This document shows positions 36,482-46,053 of a DNA stretch of 64,000 bases, piece after piece. The stretch covers positions 49,366-113,365 of the forward strand of contig CAWKBC010000035.1 of NCBI GenBank assembly GCA_963847705.1, in the 5' to 3' direction. Positions within the stretch are counted from its first letter, which is position 1; the number at the start of each line of letters is the position of its first letter. This DNA is from an uncultured Pseudomonadota bacterium. GTDB lineage: Bacteria > Myxococcota_A > Polyangia > Fen-1088. The position numbers were made by a program, and so were the translations under genes. The notes below the pieces were generated by a model. It ran no database searches and had not been told where the DNA came from. It saw only the letters and a program-made list of their open reading frames with translations.

Positions 36482-36949
36482 TCAGCTCTTGCGCCGCTGA
36501 CCGAGATCGTCGGCCGCCGCCTCGGCGCGCCGCTCCTGCTCGCGGCGGCGGAGGGCTTCACGGCGCGCGATCGCCTTTTCGACCACCTCGCGCCGCTGCC
36601 GCGCCCGCAGGTGCGCCGCCCGCGCGGCCGCCTCGGCGCGCTCGGCCGCAGCGACGACCTCGGTGCGATGACGGTCGAGCGCCTCGACCGCCGTGCGCGT
36701 CGCCAGGCGGAGCCGTTCGGAGAACCGCCGCGCCGTCTGCGCTCGGGCTGCAGTCGCCGAGGCAGAGGCGGCCTCCGTCGCGCGGGCCGCCGCCTCGGCC
36801 GCGCGCGCCTCGGCCGTTCGCCCGGTGAGGCGCGCCGTCTCGACCTCCGCCCGACGCACGACCGCCGCCGCCTCGCCGAGCGCCCGCTCGGCCTGGAGCT
36901 CCTCGGCAACACGCAGATCGCGCAGCGTGTAAAGCGCGTAACTGGACAT
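36482..36949 (-). CDS. YscO/FliJ-like coiled-coil protein
   Basis: Y.L..LR.LR..EE..A start, all-helical, E..DD end. Confidence 0.5.
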   Translation of the reverse strand: MSSYALYTLRDLRVAEELQAERALGEAAAVVRRAEVETARLTGRTAEARAAEAAARATEAASASATAARAQTARRFSERLRLATRTAVEALDRHRTEVVAAAERAEAAARAAHLRARQRREVVEKAIARREALRRREQERRAEAAADDLGQRRKS

Positions 36950-36985
36950 TGAATCTTGCGGGTCGAGATCCTACCCTCGACCGGG

Positions 36986-38899
36986 ATGGCCGCCACCTCC
37001 GAGCAGATGCCCGCCCGTCGTTACCGGATCGAACGGTACCTGACGGAGGGGGGAATGGGCGCCATCTACGTCGGCAAGAAGCTGGGCCCCGGCGGCTTCG
37101 AGAAGGAGGTGGTGCTCAAGCAGCTCCTCCCGGAGTACACCGCGCGGCCCGAGTTCCGCGATCTGTTTTTTCGCGAGGCGAAGATCTCCGCCACGCTCGA
37201 TCACGCCAACATCGTTCACGTCTTCGATCTGGTGGAGTCCGACGAATCGCTGTTCATCGTCATGGAGTACGTGCGCGGCGTCGACCTGCGCACCATCATC
37301 CGCCGCTCCAAGCTGCGCCGGCGCGAGCTGTCACCGGCCGCCGCGCTGCACATCGCGCTGGAGGTGCTGGCTGGCCTCTCCTACGCGCACAACCGGCGGA
37401 CGCAGGCGGGCGCGTCGATGGCCATCATCCATCGCGACGTCTCCCCCTCGAACATTCTTTGTTCCGTGCAAGGCGAGGTGAAGCTCTCCGACTTCGGGAT
37501 CGCCAAGGCCGCAACCCACTCTTCCGCCTTTTACCGCGTGCGCGGAAAGGTCGGCTACATGTCGCCCGAGCAGGCGCGCAACCAGCCGATCGATCACCGC
37601 ACCGATCTCTATTCGGTGGCGGTCTGCCTCTACGAGGCGCTCACCGCCGAGCGGCTGTTCGTCGGCGATCTCAGCACGCCCGCCGACGTCATCTATTCGC
37701 AGACGATCGTGCCGCCGTCGCAGAAGCGCAAGGGACTGCCGACGGCGCTGGACGTCGTGCTCTCCACGGCGCTCTCTGCCAAGCCCGACGATCGCTACCA
37801 GGATTCGGTGGCGTTCGCGGACGCGCTCCGGCAGGTCGCCCACCGCCACGGCCTGCTGTACTCGGCACCCCAGCTGGGGGAGCACCTCCGGCACATCCTG
37901 GGCAGCGATCCGCAGAAGTGGCTGACGGACGACAAGCCGGGCGCCTCGGGCGATCCGTCGACGCAAAGGATCCCTGCCAAGGAGCTGGAAGGCAAGGAGG
38001 CCGCCTCCATCGGGGTGGTGGAAGCGTCGACCTTGTACGTCATGAGCGGAAACGACATTGTTAATGCTCCGGTGCCGCCCAAGAGCCCGAAAGCCGATCC
38101 GCAGCGCCGGCTCCCGCCGACCATCGGGACGCCCGGCCTGATCATCCCGATCGAGGAGGAGGATCCGAACGAGGCGCCGACCCGCGTGCGCCATGCCGGC
38201 CCCGACGCCACGCCACCGCCGCCGATGTACACGCCGCCGCCGCGGATGGCGCCGCCACCGCCGCCGCGGCCGCCGCGCCGGACCACGATCCCGCCGCCGC
38301 TGCCCCTGCCCCCGGTGGCCGCCACACCGATGCCGCTGCCCGAGTCGCCGTTCGACATTCCGCCGACGCCCGGACCGGTGATGGTGGAGGAGTTTCCGCC
38401 AACCCCGCCTCCCTACACCGGGGCCCCCGCGTACGTTCCGGGCTCGCCCGGCGGTCGCCCCGCTCTTCCCCGGCCGGGCGGTTACCTGGCGCCGCCCGGA
38501 TTCCGTCCCGCCCTGCCGGCACCCCTCCCGGCGCCCGCTCCTGCTCCCCCGGCCGGCTACAATCCCGGGCCCAACGGCTTGGACACCGGTTACGGCGTGA
38601 ACGCCGGCTTCAACGACGGCGGGTTCAACAACACGGGGTTCAACCCGCAGGGCGGCTTCAACCTGGCGCCGCCCGCGACGATCGACTTCGGCGCCGACGT
38701 GGCGCCCATGGTGACGGCGCGCCGCTCGGGACCGCCCGGTCTGGTGATTCTGATCGTGCTCTTGGGCGCCGCGATTGGTGGAGCGAAGCTGGGGCAGCTG
38801 GCGACGCGCGCCGACCTGGCGGCGCTGGAGGCGGAGGCCGGGGGGGACGACCGGGACGCAGTTCCCACGGCGGCGCGACCCGCCCCCGAAAACAAATGA
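36986..38899 (+). CDS. Ser/Thr protein kinase with Pro-rich linker and C-terminal TM
   Basis: GGMGAIY, HRDVSPSNIL, DFGIAK, YMSPEQ. Confidence 0.95.
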   Translation: MAATSEQMPARRYRIERYLTEGGMGAIYVGKKLGPGGFEKEVVLKQLLPEYTARPEFRDLFFREAKISATLDHANIVHVFDLVESDESLFIVMEYVRGVDLRTIIRRSKLRRRELSPAAALHIALEVLAGLSYAHNRRTQAGASMAIIHRDVSPSNILCSVQGEVKLSDFGIAKAATHSSAFYRVRGKVGYMSPEQARNQPIDHRTDLYSVAVCLYEALTAERLFVGDLSTPADVIYSQTIVPPSQKRKGLPTALDVVLSTALSAKPDDRYQDSVAFADALRQVAHRHGLLYSAPQLGEHLRHILGSDPQKWLTDDKPGASGDPSTQRIPAKELEGKEAASIGVVEASTLYVMSGNDIVNAPVPPKSPKADPQRRLPPTIGTPGLIIPIEEEDPNEAPTRVRHAGPDATPPPPMYTPPPRMAPPPPPRPPRRTTIPPPLPLPPVAATPMPLPESPFDIPPTPGPVMVEEFPPTPPPYTGAPAYVPGSPGGRPALPRPGGYLAPPGFRPALPAPLPAPAPAPPAGYNPGPNGLDTGYGVNAGFNDGGFNNTGFNPQGGFNLAPPATIDFGADVAPMVTARRSGPPGLVILIVLLGAAIGGAKLGQLATRADLAALEAEAGGDDRDAVPTAARPAPENK

Positions 38900-40233
38900 T
38901 CGAGAGGAGCTCGACACGCGTCCTCGACGCGGGAGCACCGGTCATTCGGCAACTGGGCGGCGGGCGGCTGCTGGTCGTCAAGGGCCCCGACCGCGGCGAG
39001 TCGATCGAGATCGGGACGGTGGCGTTCACGCTCGGCTCGGGGAGCGGGTGCGACGTGCCGCTCTCCGACCCGACCATCTCCCGCCGCCACCTCGGCATGG
39101 AGCCGGGGCCGGAAGGCGTGATCGCGCGCGATCTCGGGTCGACCAACGGTTCCTTCGTGCAGGGGGCGCGGTTCACCGAGCTGACGCTCGGCTTCGGTAC
39201 CGAAATCACCATCGGCAAGACGGTGCTGAAGTTCGTCCCCAACGAGGAGGCGATCGATCTCGGCCCGTCCGATGCGGAGAGCTACGGCGCGCTGGTCGGC
39301 CGCGACCCCAAGCTGCGCCGGCTGTTCCGTCTGCTCGACGACGTCGCCGCCACCGACGCGACGGTGCTCATCGAGGGGGAGACGGGAACCGGCAAGGAGC
39401 TGTTCGCCGAGGAGATTCACCGCCACAGCCCCCGCAAGGACGGCCCCTTCATCGTCTTCGATTGCGGTGCTCTCCCCCCCGAGCAGGTCGAGTCGGCGCT
39501 GTTCGGCCACGTCCAGGGCGCCTTTGCGGGCGCCGTCGCCGATCGGCGCGGCGCCTTCGAGGAGGCGCACGGGGGCACCCTCTTCCTCGACGAAATCGGC
39601 GAGCTGCCCTCGGCGGTGCAGCCGGTGCTGTTGCGCGCGATCGACAAGCAGAGCGTCCGGCCGGTCGGCGGCACCAGCACCACCCCCGCCTCGGTGCGGG
39701 TGGTCGCAGCGACCAACCGGAACCTGCGCGCCGAGATCGCCGCCAAGCAGTTTCGCGAGGACCTCTACTACCGCGTGGCGGTGATCCGGATGTTGGTCCC
39801 GCCGCTGCGGGATCGCCCCGAGGACATCCCCCTGCTGGTCCAGCACTTCATTGGCCAGTTTCGCTCTGACCGACCGCTCACCGTCGCGCCGCAAGACATC
39901 GAACGCCTGCAGCGGCACACCTGGCTGGGGAACGCGCGCGAGCTGCGCAACGTCGTCGAGCGGGCCTGTGCGCTCAGCCGGGGCAGCCAACTCCTCATCG
40001 ACGACGCGCTCGAGGAACGGCCGGCCGGTGGCGCCGCCGCGGCGCCGGACATCGATCTGCCTTTCAAAGAGGCGAAGGCCAAGGTCGTCGACGCGTTCGA
40101 GCGCGGCTACATCGACGCGCTCCTCAAGCGCCACGGGGGAAACCTCTCCGCCGCGGCGCGCGCCGCCGACATCGATCGCAAGCACCTGCGCGAGCTCTTG
40201 CGCAAGCATGGCCTGCGCGAATCCACGGAGTGA
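38896..40233 (+). CDS. FHA-domain sigma54-interaction-type AAA+ regulator
   Basis: ISRRH..DLGSTNG; GETGTGKE; GAFAGA; LFLDEIGE; Fis HTH. Confidence 0.93.
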   Translation: MIERSSTRVLDAGAPVIRQLGGGRLLVVKGPDRGESIEIGTVAFTLGSGSGCDVPLSDPTISRRHLGMEPGPEGVIARDLGSTNGSFVQGARFTELTLGFGTEITIGKTVLKFVPNEEAIDLGPSDAESYGALVGRDPKLRRLFRLLDDVAATDATVLIEGETGTGKELFAEEIHRHSPRKDGPFIVFDCGALPPEQVESALFGHVQGAFAGAVADRRGAFEEAHGGTLFLDEIGELPSAVQPVLLRAIDKQSVRPVGGTSTTPASVRVVAATNRNLRAEIAAKQFREDLYYRVAVIRMLVPPLRDRPEDIPLLVQHFIGQFRSDRPLTVAPQDIERLQRHTWLGNARELRNVVERACALSRGSQLLIDDALEERPAGGAAAAPDIDLPFKEAKAKVVDAFERGYIDALLKRHGGNLSAAARAADIDRKHLRELLRKHGLRESTE

Positions 40234-40234
40234 C

Positions 40235-41014
40235 GTGAAGCTACTCGACGAGCTGCGCGCGCGGTTCCGTGAGCTCGGGCGCGAGATCGCCGGGGGCGTG
40301 ACCGACTCGGGACACTCGGCGATCTATCTGCGGCAGCTCATCCGCGGCAACCGCGCGCCTCACGCTCAGGCCGCCCCAACGCCCAACGCGGCCCAGCCGC
40401 CCGTGCTGCTCATCCACGGCTACCTCGCCACCCGCGGTTCGCTGCATCTGCTCGAGCAGCACCTGGCCGACCGCGGCCACATCGTCATCAGCTACCCGCT
40501 GGGGTTCGGGGTGAACCTGGGCGACATCCGCGACTCCGCCGGCCTCATCGCGCGCAAGGTCGAGTCGATCGTCGCCCAGACCGGCGTCACCGAGATCGAC
40601 GTCGTGGGCCACTCGCTGGGGGGGCTGGTCGGGCTCTACTATCTGAAGCGCCTGGGGGGGCGCCACCGGGTGCGCCGGCTCATCATGCTGGGGACGCCCA
40701 CCCAGGGGACCTGGTCGGCCCTGCTCGGCCTGGTGACGGCGCCGCTCGGGCGCGCCAGCCTCCAGCTGCTCCCCGGCAGCCCCTTTCTGCGCGAGCTGGG
40801 CGAAGTGCCGCTCCCCAAGGGGGCGGAGGTCATCTCGATCGGCGCCATGCGCGACTGGATGGCGCCCCTGTCGACGACGGTCCTCGACGGGGTCCGCCAC
40901 ATCGCGCTGCCCACCGGCCATTCGGGCCTGCTCGTCGACGGTGAGGTGGCAGAGGTGGTCGCGGACCTCCTGTCCGACCGGCCCCCCGTTGACGGAACCG
41001 GGGCGCCACCCTAA
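40235..41014 (+). CDS. Alpha/beta hydrolase (lipase/esterase)
   Basis: LLIHG, GHSLGG, LGTP, GH. Confidence 0.9.
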   Translation: MKLLDELRARFRELGREIAGGVTDSGHSAIYLRQLIRGNRAPHAQAAPTPNAAQPPVLLIHGYLATRGSLHLLEQHLADRGHIVISYPLGFGVNLGDIRDSAGLIARKVESIVAQTGVTEIDVVGHSLGGLVGLYYLKRLGGRHRVRRLIMLGTPTQGTWSALLGLVTAPLGRASLQLLPGSPFLRELGEVPLPKGAEVISIGAMRDWMAPLSTTVLDGVRHIALPTGHSGLLVDGEVAEVVADLLSDRPPVDGTGAPP

Positions 41015-41026
41015 AATTGCTAGGTT

Positions 41027-42010
41027 TTGAGTACCTTTAGGCCGCGCGACTTTTCCGACGGCAACGCGGAGGGACAGGGTGAATCGCCCCTGTGGGCGTT
41101 GCGTTTCATCTCTGGGAAGTACCAGGGTGGCGAGTTTCCATTGCGCCCCCACCGGGAGATCATCATCGGTCGCTCGTCGGATCTCGACATGGTGCTGGTC
41201 GAGGACATGGTGTCGCGCAAGCACGCCAAGATCACCACCGACGACTCCGTCGTCACGATCCAGGACTTGGGATCGACGAATGGGACTTTCGTCAATGGAG
41301 AGAAAGTCCGTAAAGCGGAGCTGAAGGACGGTGACCGCATTCTCATCGGCACCTCCATCATCAAGATGGTCTTTGTGGAAGGCGACGCCACCAACAACGC
41401 GCTCAACGTCAGCGAGACCGAGGCGCGTTCGAAGATGGCCGTGGCCGCCAACAAGCGCACCACGCCGAAGTCGATGTCGGGGAGCATCGAGGAGATCCCG
41501 CTCCCCGATCTGATCCAGCTGCTGTCGACCAGCCGGAAGTCGGGCGTGCTGTTCGTTCGCACCGACCACGCCGCCGGGCGGCTGTTCCTGCGCAAGGGAC
41601 AGATCTACTTCGCCAACCTGGAGGGCAACGCCGGCGTCTCGTCGCGAAAAGCGATCATGCGGATGCTCAGCTGGGCCCAGGGCTCGTTCGAGCTGGAGCC
41701 GCCCGACGAATCGCCGGTGGCCGAGGAGATGGAAGAGTCGACCGAGGCGCTGCTCATGGAGGGGATGCGCCAGCTCGACGAGTACCGCGTGCAGCTCGAG
41801 AAGCTGCCGCCGTTCACCGCGTCGCTCACCGTCCCGCGCCCGCTCGAGCCCAAGCTCCGCGACCTCGCCCCCGAGGAGCTGGACGTCTTCCAGGCCGTGC
41901 TCGAGGTCGAGACGATCTCGGCGCTGTTCGACAAGTCCCAGCTGACCGACCTCGCCCTGGCCGAGAAGCTGCGCGCCCTCATCGAAAAGGGCTACGTCAT
42001 CGCCAGGTAG
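41027..42010 (+). CDS. FHA + DUF4388/PATAN domain protein
   Basis: IGR..VSRKHA..DLGSTNGT; GSIEEIPLPDLIQLL..KSGVL..W.QGSF. Confidence 0.88.
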   Translation: MSTFRPRDFSDGNAEGQGESPLWALRFISGKYQGGEFPLRPHREIIIGRSSDLDMVLVEDMVSRKHAKITTDDSVVTIQDLGSTNGTFVNGEKVRKAELKDGDRILIGTSIIKMVFVEGDATNNALNVSETEARSKMAVAANKRTTPKSMSGSIEEIPLPDLIQLLSTSRKSGVLFVRTDHAAGRLFLRKGQIYFANLEGNAGVSSRKAIMRMLSWAQGSFELEPPDESPVAEEMEESTEALLMEGMRQLDEYRVQLEKLPPFTASLTVPRPLEPKLRDLAPEELDVFQAVLEVETISALFDKSQLTDLALAEKLRALIEKGYVIAR

Positions 42011-42013
42011 GGT

Positions 42014-42084
42014 CGGGACCTCAAAGGGTCCCGCGCCCCCCGCGATGAGCTCGAGCCGGCGAAGCCGTCTCTCCCTCACGCGAT
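42014..42084 (+). repeat. Dispersed palindromic (REP-like) element
   Basis: CGGGACC..GGTCCCG + CCCCCCGCGA + CGGC-GAA-GCCG + CACGCGAT between convergent genes. Confidence 0.8.
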
Positions 42085-42095
42085 TTCGCCCTGCT

Positions 42096-42947
42096 CTAAA
42101 TCGTGAGGGCGGCGCCCTCGATGGCGCCTGACAGCTCGATGTGTTGGCCGCCGCGTGCGTCGAGCAGACGTCGCCCGCGCAGGCAGAGCGCGTCGACCTC
42201 GGCGTCGCTGTAGTCCTGGTCGTAGTGGAACAGGACCAGGCGCTTGACCCCGCCCGCGATCGCCGCGCCCACCGCATCCTCCACCGACGAGTAACCACGA
42301 TCGGCGTAGCGCCGCCCGTCGTCCGGCGTGTAGGTGCTGTCGTGGATCAGGACGTCGGCGCCGCGGTAGAGCTCGATCGCCGCGGCGGGAGGGCCATCCG
42401 GTCCGTAGCCGGCGTCGCTGGCGTAGACCACGGAGCGCGCGCCGTCCTCGATGCGGAACGCCAGCGCGCCGGCGCGCCCGTGCGGATTGGTGCAGGCCCG
42501 CACCGCGCAGCCGGCAACCTGGATCGGCTTTCCCTCATCGATGGCGGCGATGTCGATCCCGGCGCCCATGTTCTTCAGCGTCTGCACCGGGAAGTACTGC
42601 GGCGCCATCTGCCCTTCGAGAATTCCCTCCAGCATCGCCGAGCTCTGGGCGCCGCCGTAGATGTGGAACCTGTTTCCCGGCTGGTAGAGAGGGACGAAGA
42701 AGGGAAAGCCCTGGATGTGATCCCAGTGGGCGTGCGACAGCAGGATGCTCGCCTCTCCGCGCCCCTGACCGAAGGGCCCGTCCATGAGCGCCATCCCCAG
42801 GTTGCGCGCCCCGGTTCCGCAATCGAGCACAATCAACCCGCCGCCGGCGGGCCGGAGAGAGACACAGGAGGTGTTGCCGCCATAGCGAACCGTGGCCGGC
42901 CCAGGGGCTGGAATTGACCCGCGCACGCCCCAGAATGCGATCTCCAT
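42096..42947 (-). CDS. MBL-fold metallo-hydrolase
   Basis: FWGVRGS, YGGNTSCV, SHAHWDHIQG. Confidence 0.93.
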   Translation of the reverse strand: MEIAFWGVRGSIPAPGPATVRYGGNTSCVSLRPAGGGLIVLDCGTGARNLGMALMDGPFGQGRGEASILLSHAHWDHIQGFPFFVPLYQPGNRFHIYGGAQSSAMLEGILEGQMAPQYFPVQTLKNMGAGIDIAAIDEGKPIQVAGCAVRACTNPHGRAGALAFRIEDGARSVVYASDAGYGPDGPPAAAIELYRGADVLIHDSTYTPDDGRRYADRGYSSVEDAVGAAIAGGVKRLVLFHYDQDYSDAEVDALCLRGRRLLDARGGQHIELSGAIEGAALTI

Positions 42948-43882
42948 CAGGGCTTTCCGATCTCGCCGATCTCGATGTCCAGCCCCTCGTAGGCGGCGGC
43001 GACCTCCAGCTCGATCGCCTCGTGCTCGGCCAGGGCGCGCGTGTCGGCGAGGATGCGGTCGATCTCGGCGTCGCTGCGCTCCGGCGCGTGATGAAAAAGC
43101 ACCAGCCGCTTGGCCCCCGCCTCGCGGCAGATGTCGACGGCGTCGCTGGGGCGCGAGTGGCCGTAGTGGGGAATTCGCCGGTAGTCGTTGGCGGTGAACA
43201 TCGTGTCGTAGACGACCAGATCGGCTCCCTCGCAGAGGCGAACCACGCCCTCGCGCATCTTCGCCAGCTTCATCTTGTCCTTGGCCGGCAGCTCCGCGCC
43301 GGGCGAGGGGGGCCGCTCGACGAACTCGTCCTCGAACAGGATGTCGCTGAAGGGGGCGGTGTCCGACACGTAGACGACCGAGGCGCCGTCAGCCGTCAAA
43401 CGATAGGCGGTGGCGATGTACGGGTGGTTGAGCCGCGCGCAGGCGACCTTCACGTCGGAGATCTCGAACTTGGCCGCGTCGGCCAGCTCGCGAAAGGCGA
43501 TCTCCGCCCGGGTCTCGGAGAACGGGACCGGGAAGTACGGATCCTCGGTCTGCGAGGCGAACACCGCCTGCAGGTGGAGGTCGTCGCGTTTGCGCGCGTA
43601 GACCGAGAGCTTGTTGCCACTCTGGTAGAGCGGCGAGAAGTACGGCAGCCCCTGGATGTGATCCCAGTGGGTATGACTAATGAGCAGGTGAACATCGCTG
43701 TGCCCGGCCTCGCCCTCGGCAAGTTCCTTGCCGAGCTTGCGGATGCCGGTGCCGGCGTCCACGACGACGCGCGTCCCTGCGGCCGAGCGCACCTCGACGC
43801 ATGACGTGTTGCCGCCGTAGCGCTCGGTTTTCGGACCGGGAACCGGCAGCGACCCACGCACGCCCCAGAATCGAACTCTCAT
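42947..43882 (-). CDS. MBL-fold metallo-hydrolase (tandem paralogue)
   Basis: FWGVRGS, YGGNTSCV, SHTHWDHIQG. Confidence 0.93.
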   Translation of the reverse strand: MRVRFWGVRGSLPVPGPKTERYGGNTSCVEVRSAAGTRVVVDAGTGIRKLGKELAEGEAGHSDVHLLISHTHWDHIQGLPYFSPLYQSGNKLSVYARKRDDLHLQAVFASQTEDPYFPVPFSETRAEIAFRELADAAKFEISDVKVACARLNHPYIATAYRLTADGASVVYVSDTAPFSDILFEDEFVERPPSPGAELPAKDKMKLAKMREGVVRLCEGADLVVYDTMFTANDYRRIPHYGHSRPSDAVDICREAGAKRLVLFHHAPERSDAEIDRILADTRALAEHEAIELEVAAAYEGLDIEIGEIGKP

Positions 43883-44066
43883 GACAGGCGCAGGCCACGA
43901 CGAGCGCGACGGAATCCGAACGCGCGTAGGTTCGCGCGAGGCCGCGGGACCATGGGAAGAGAATAACACGATGCCCCGCCGGGCCGCGATTTCCGCCGTG
44001 GGATAAAGTGCCGGGCCAGCCCGCCACAACCTAGGGGGAGGGGCGCGGACTGGCCCGGCGGATGAC

Positions 44067-44729
44067 CTATGAGAAGCGCACCAGATAGCCTGCCCCGTCG
44101 GGCAGGGTCGTGATCGTCGCCCCGATTCGGGCGGCGAGGTCAGAGGAGAGGGCGAACCGCCAGGAGTCGATGGGCGGACGCTGACCGGCGCTCTCGATCG
44201 AGAGCACCAGAGCGCCGCGGGTCGCCTCGACGTGGATGTCGATCTGCAGCGGGCCGCCGTCGGGGGCCGAGCTCCGGGGGTCGGCTTGCGCGAGGTCGAT
44301 CAGCAGGGCCGCCAGCATCGATTCGAAGGCACTTCCCCGGTTGGCGACACCGGTCCGGCGCTCCTTGTGGAGAGACACCGTCGTCCGTCCTATCGTCGGC
44401 GCCGCCAGGCGCACCGCCCGGGCGACCACTTCATCCAGGTCGGCGATGACCGCCGTGCCATCTCGCATGGCGGCGTCGACGAACCCGACCAGCGCGTTCA
44501 AGCGGAGGACGTTCGACTCGGTCTCGGCCAGCGCGTCCGCGACGGCACGGATTCCGGAGGGCGAGGTCGCCACCCGAATCTCGTTCGCCGCCGCCAGGAG
44601 CACGGTGAGATGGTTTCGAAACTCGTGCAGGATCCCGTCCCAGACGGGAACCAACCGGACGAGCTCCGAATCGGCCTCCACCCCGGATTCATGCCGGGCA
44701 ACTGCAAAGAGGGGCTCGCTAGTCATCAC
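44067..44729 (-). CDS. Degenerate histidine-kinase-like protein
   Basis: H-box LHEFRNHLTVL; ATP-binding N and G boxes eroded. Confidence 0.6.
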   Translation of the reverse strand: MMTSEPLFAVARHESGVEADSELVRLVPVWDGILHEFRNHLTVLLAAANEIRVATSPSGIRAVADALAETESNVLRLNALVGFVDAAMRDGTAVIADLDEVVARAVRLAAPTIGRTTVSLHKERRTGVANRGSAFESMLAALLIDLAQADPRSSAPDGGPLQIDIHVEATRGALVLSIESAGQRPPIDSWRFALSSDLAARIGATITTLPDGAGYLVRFS

Positions 44730-44874
44730 TAGTCATGTTCCTGGCGCCCCGATGGGCACATGTTGAGGCTATGCCTTACAAAATCCGTGCCGACGGGCAT
44801 CCTGACCTTTGAGGTCCGCTGCCCCCCGACCGTCCTGGCACCGCCCGTCGGTTCACGGTAGAAGGCGGGCCGCG

Positions 44875-45486
44875 ATGTCGAACCGGGCCGTCACCACGAT
44901 GGTTTTCGCGCTGACGTCAGCGCTGGCCCTCGCGTCCTGCGGCAAGAAGATCGGTGACAGCTGCCAGACCGCTTCGGACTGCGATCCGAATGGCACGCGC
45001 ATCTGTGACATCTCCCAGCCAGGCGGGTACTGCACGATCCAGGGATGTGACGAGACCACCTGCCCGAGCGAGGCGGCCTGCATCCGCTACTTTCCGGTCC
45101 AATTTCTGACCACGCCCTGCAATCCCTACTGCGAAGATCGCCAGGGGTTGCCCGTCCCAGACGCCGGCAGCGACGCCGGGATGAGCGTCGATGCGGGCGC
45201 GCTGCCTCTTTGTCCGGGGCTCTTTCCGGCAGCTCCGGCCAGTCAGGCCGGCAACGCGGACGTCTGTCCGAACGGCCCGACCAACGACTGCACCGCCGAC
45301 GAGATCTGCCTCGACAGTGGCCTCTGTGCGCCGCGCTCGACCGAGACACGGTACTGCGCCCTCGTCTGTTCCAGCAACAACGACTGCCGCAGCGGCTACG
45401 TCTGCCGCCCGACCGGCGTCGAAGGCAGCGTGCTGCTCTCGGCGACCCCCTGCGCGCAGACCTCCTTCTGCGCCCCCGCAGACTAG
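44875..45486 (+). CDS. Cys-rich lipoprotein
   Basis: Lipobox LASC; IGDSC...SDC..C..GGYC..C; CRSGYVC. Confidence 0.8.
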   Translation: MSNRAVTTMVFALTSALALASCGKKIGDSCQTASDCDPNGTRICDISQPGGYCTIQGCDETTCPSEAACIRYFPVQFLTTPCNPYCEDRQGLPVPDAGSDAGMSVDAGALPLCPGLFPAAPASQAGNADVCPNGPTNDCTADEICLDSGLCAPRSTETRYCALVCSSNNDCRSGYVCRPTGVEGSVLLSATPCAQTSFCAPAD

Positions 45487-45570
45487 CTCGCCTCGGGGCA
45501 GCCCATCGCGGTGGGTGGGTCCCGAAGTCGTAGTCAGCAACCGGCCTCGCGCGCGGGCCGACAACCGGGC

Positions 45571-46044
45571 GTGCGTCGTGTCGCGGCCATCCTCGGTCTC
45601 GCCTTGCTGTGGGTGCTTCCCGCCGGACGCGCGCGGGCCGGCAAGGGGGTCGACGGCGTCGTCAACCTGAACACCGCGCCTGCGGACCTGCTGTCCCTCC
45701 TGCCGGGCGTCGGCCCGGCCAAGGCGGGCGCCATCGTGATCTATCGAACGCGACGTCCGTTTCGCACCGTCGACGAGCTGGTCCGGATCAAGGGGATTGG
45801 CCGCAAGATGGTCCGCCGGCTCCGGCCGCACCTGGCGGTGGCCGGCCCCACCACCGCCACACCCGCTGAAGCCAAGCCCGGTGTCCCTGGCCTGCCCGCA
45901 CTTCCCAAGCAGGCGCCGCCCATTCACCCGACCGGCGCGCCGCGCTGTCCGCCACCCAGGCCGTTGCTCCGGGCGCCACGGGTGAGAGACCGCGACCCGC
46001 GGGCCGAGCGCCCCTTTGCCGCGCCCTGCCTCGGTCCACGCTGA
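45571..46044 (+). CDS. comEA: ComEA-like helix-hairpin-helix DNA-binding protein
   Basis: VNLNTA..L..LPGVGPAKA..I..R..F..DEL..IKGIG. Confidence 0.85.
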   Translation: MRRVAAILGLALLWVLPAGRARAGKGVDGVVNLNTAPADLLSLLPGVGPAKAGAIVIYRTRRPFRTVDELVRIKGIGRKMVRRLRPHLAVAGPTTATPAEAKPGVPGLPALPKQAPPIHPTGAPRCPPPRPLLRAPRVRDRDPRAERPFAAPCLGPR

Positions 46045-46053
46045 ACTCCAGAG

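Noticed and set aside
44778-44792. Sigma54 promoter on the minus strand (CGGCACG-GATT-TTGT)
   Set aside because: The -12 element lacks the conserved GC, so support is weak
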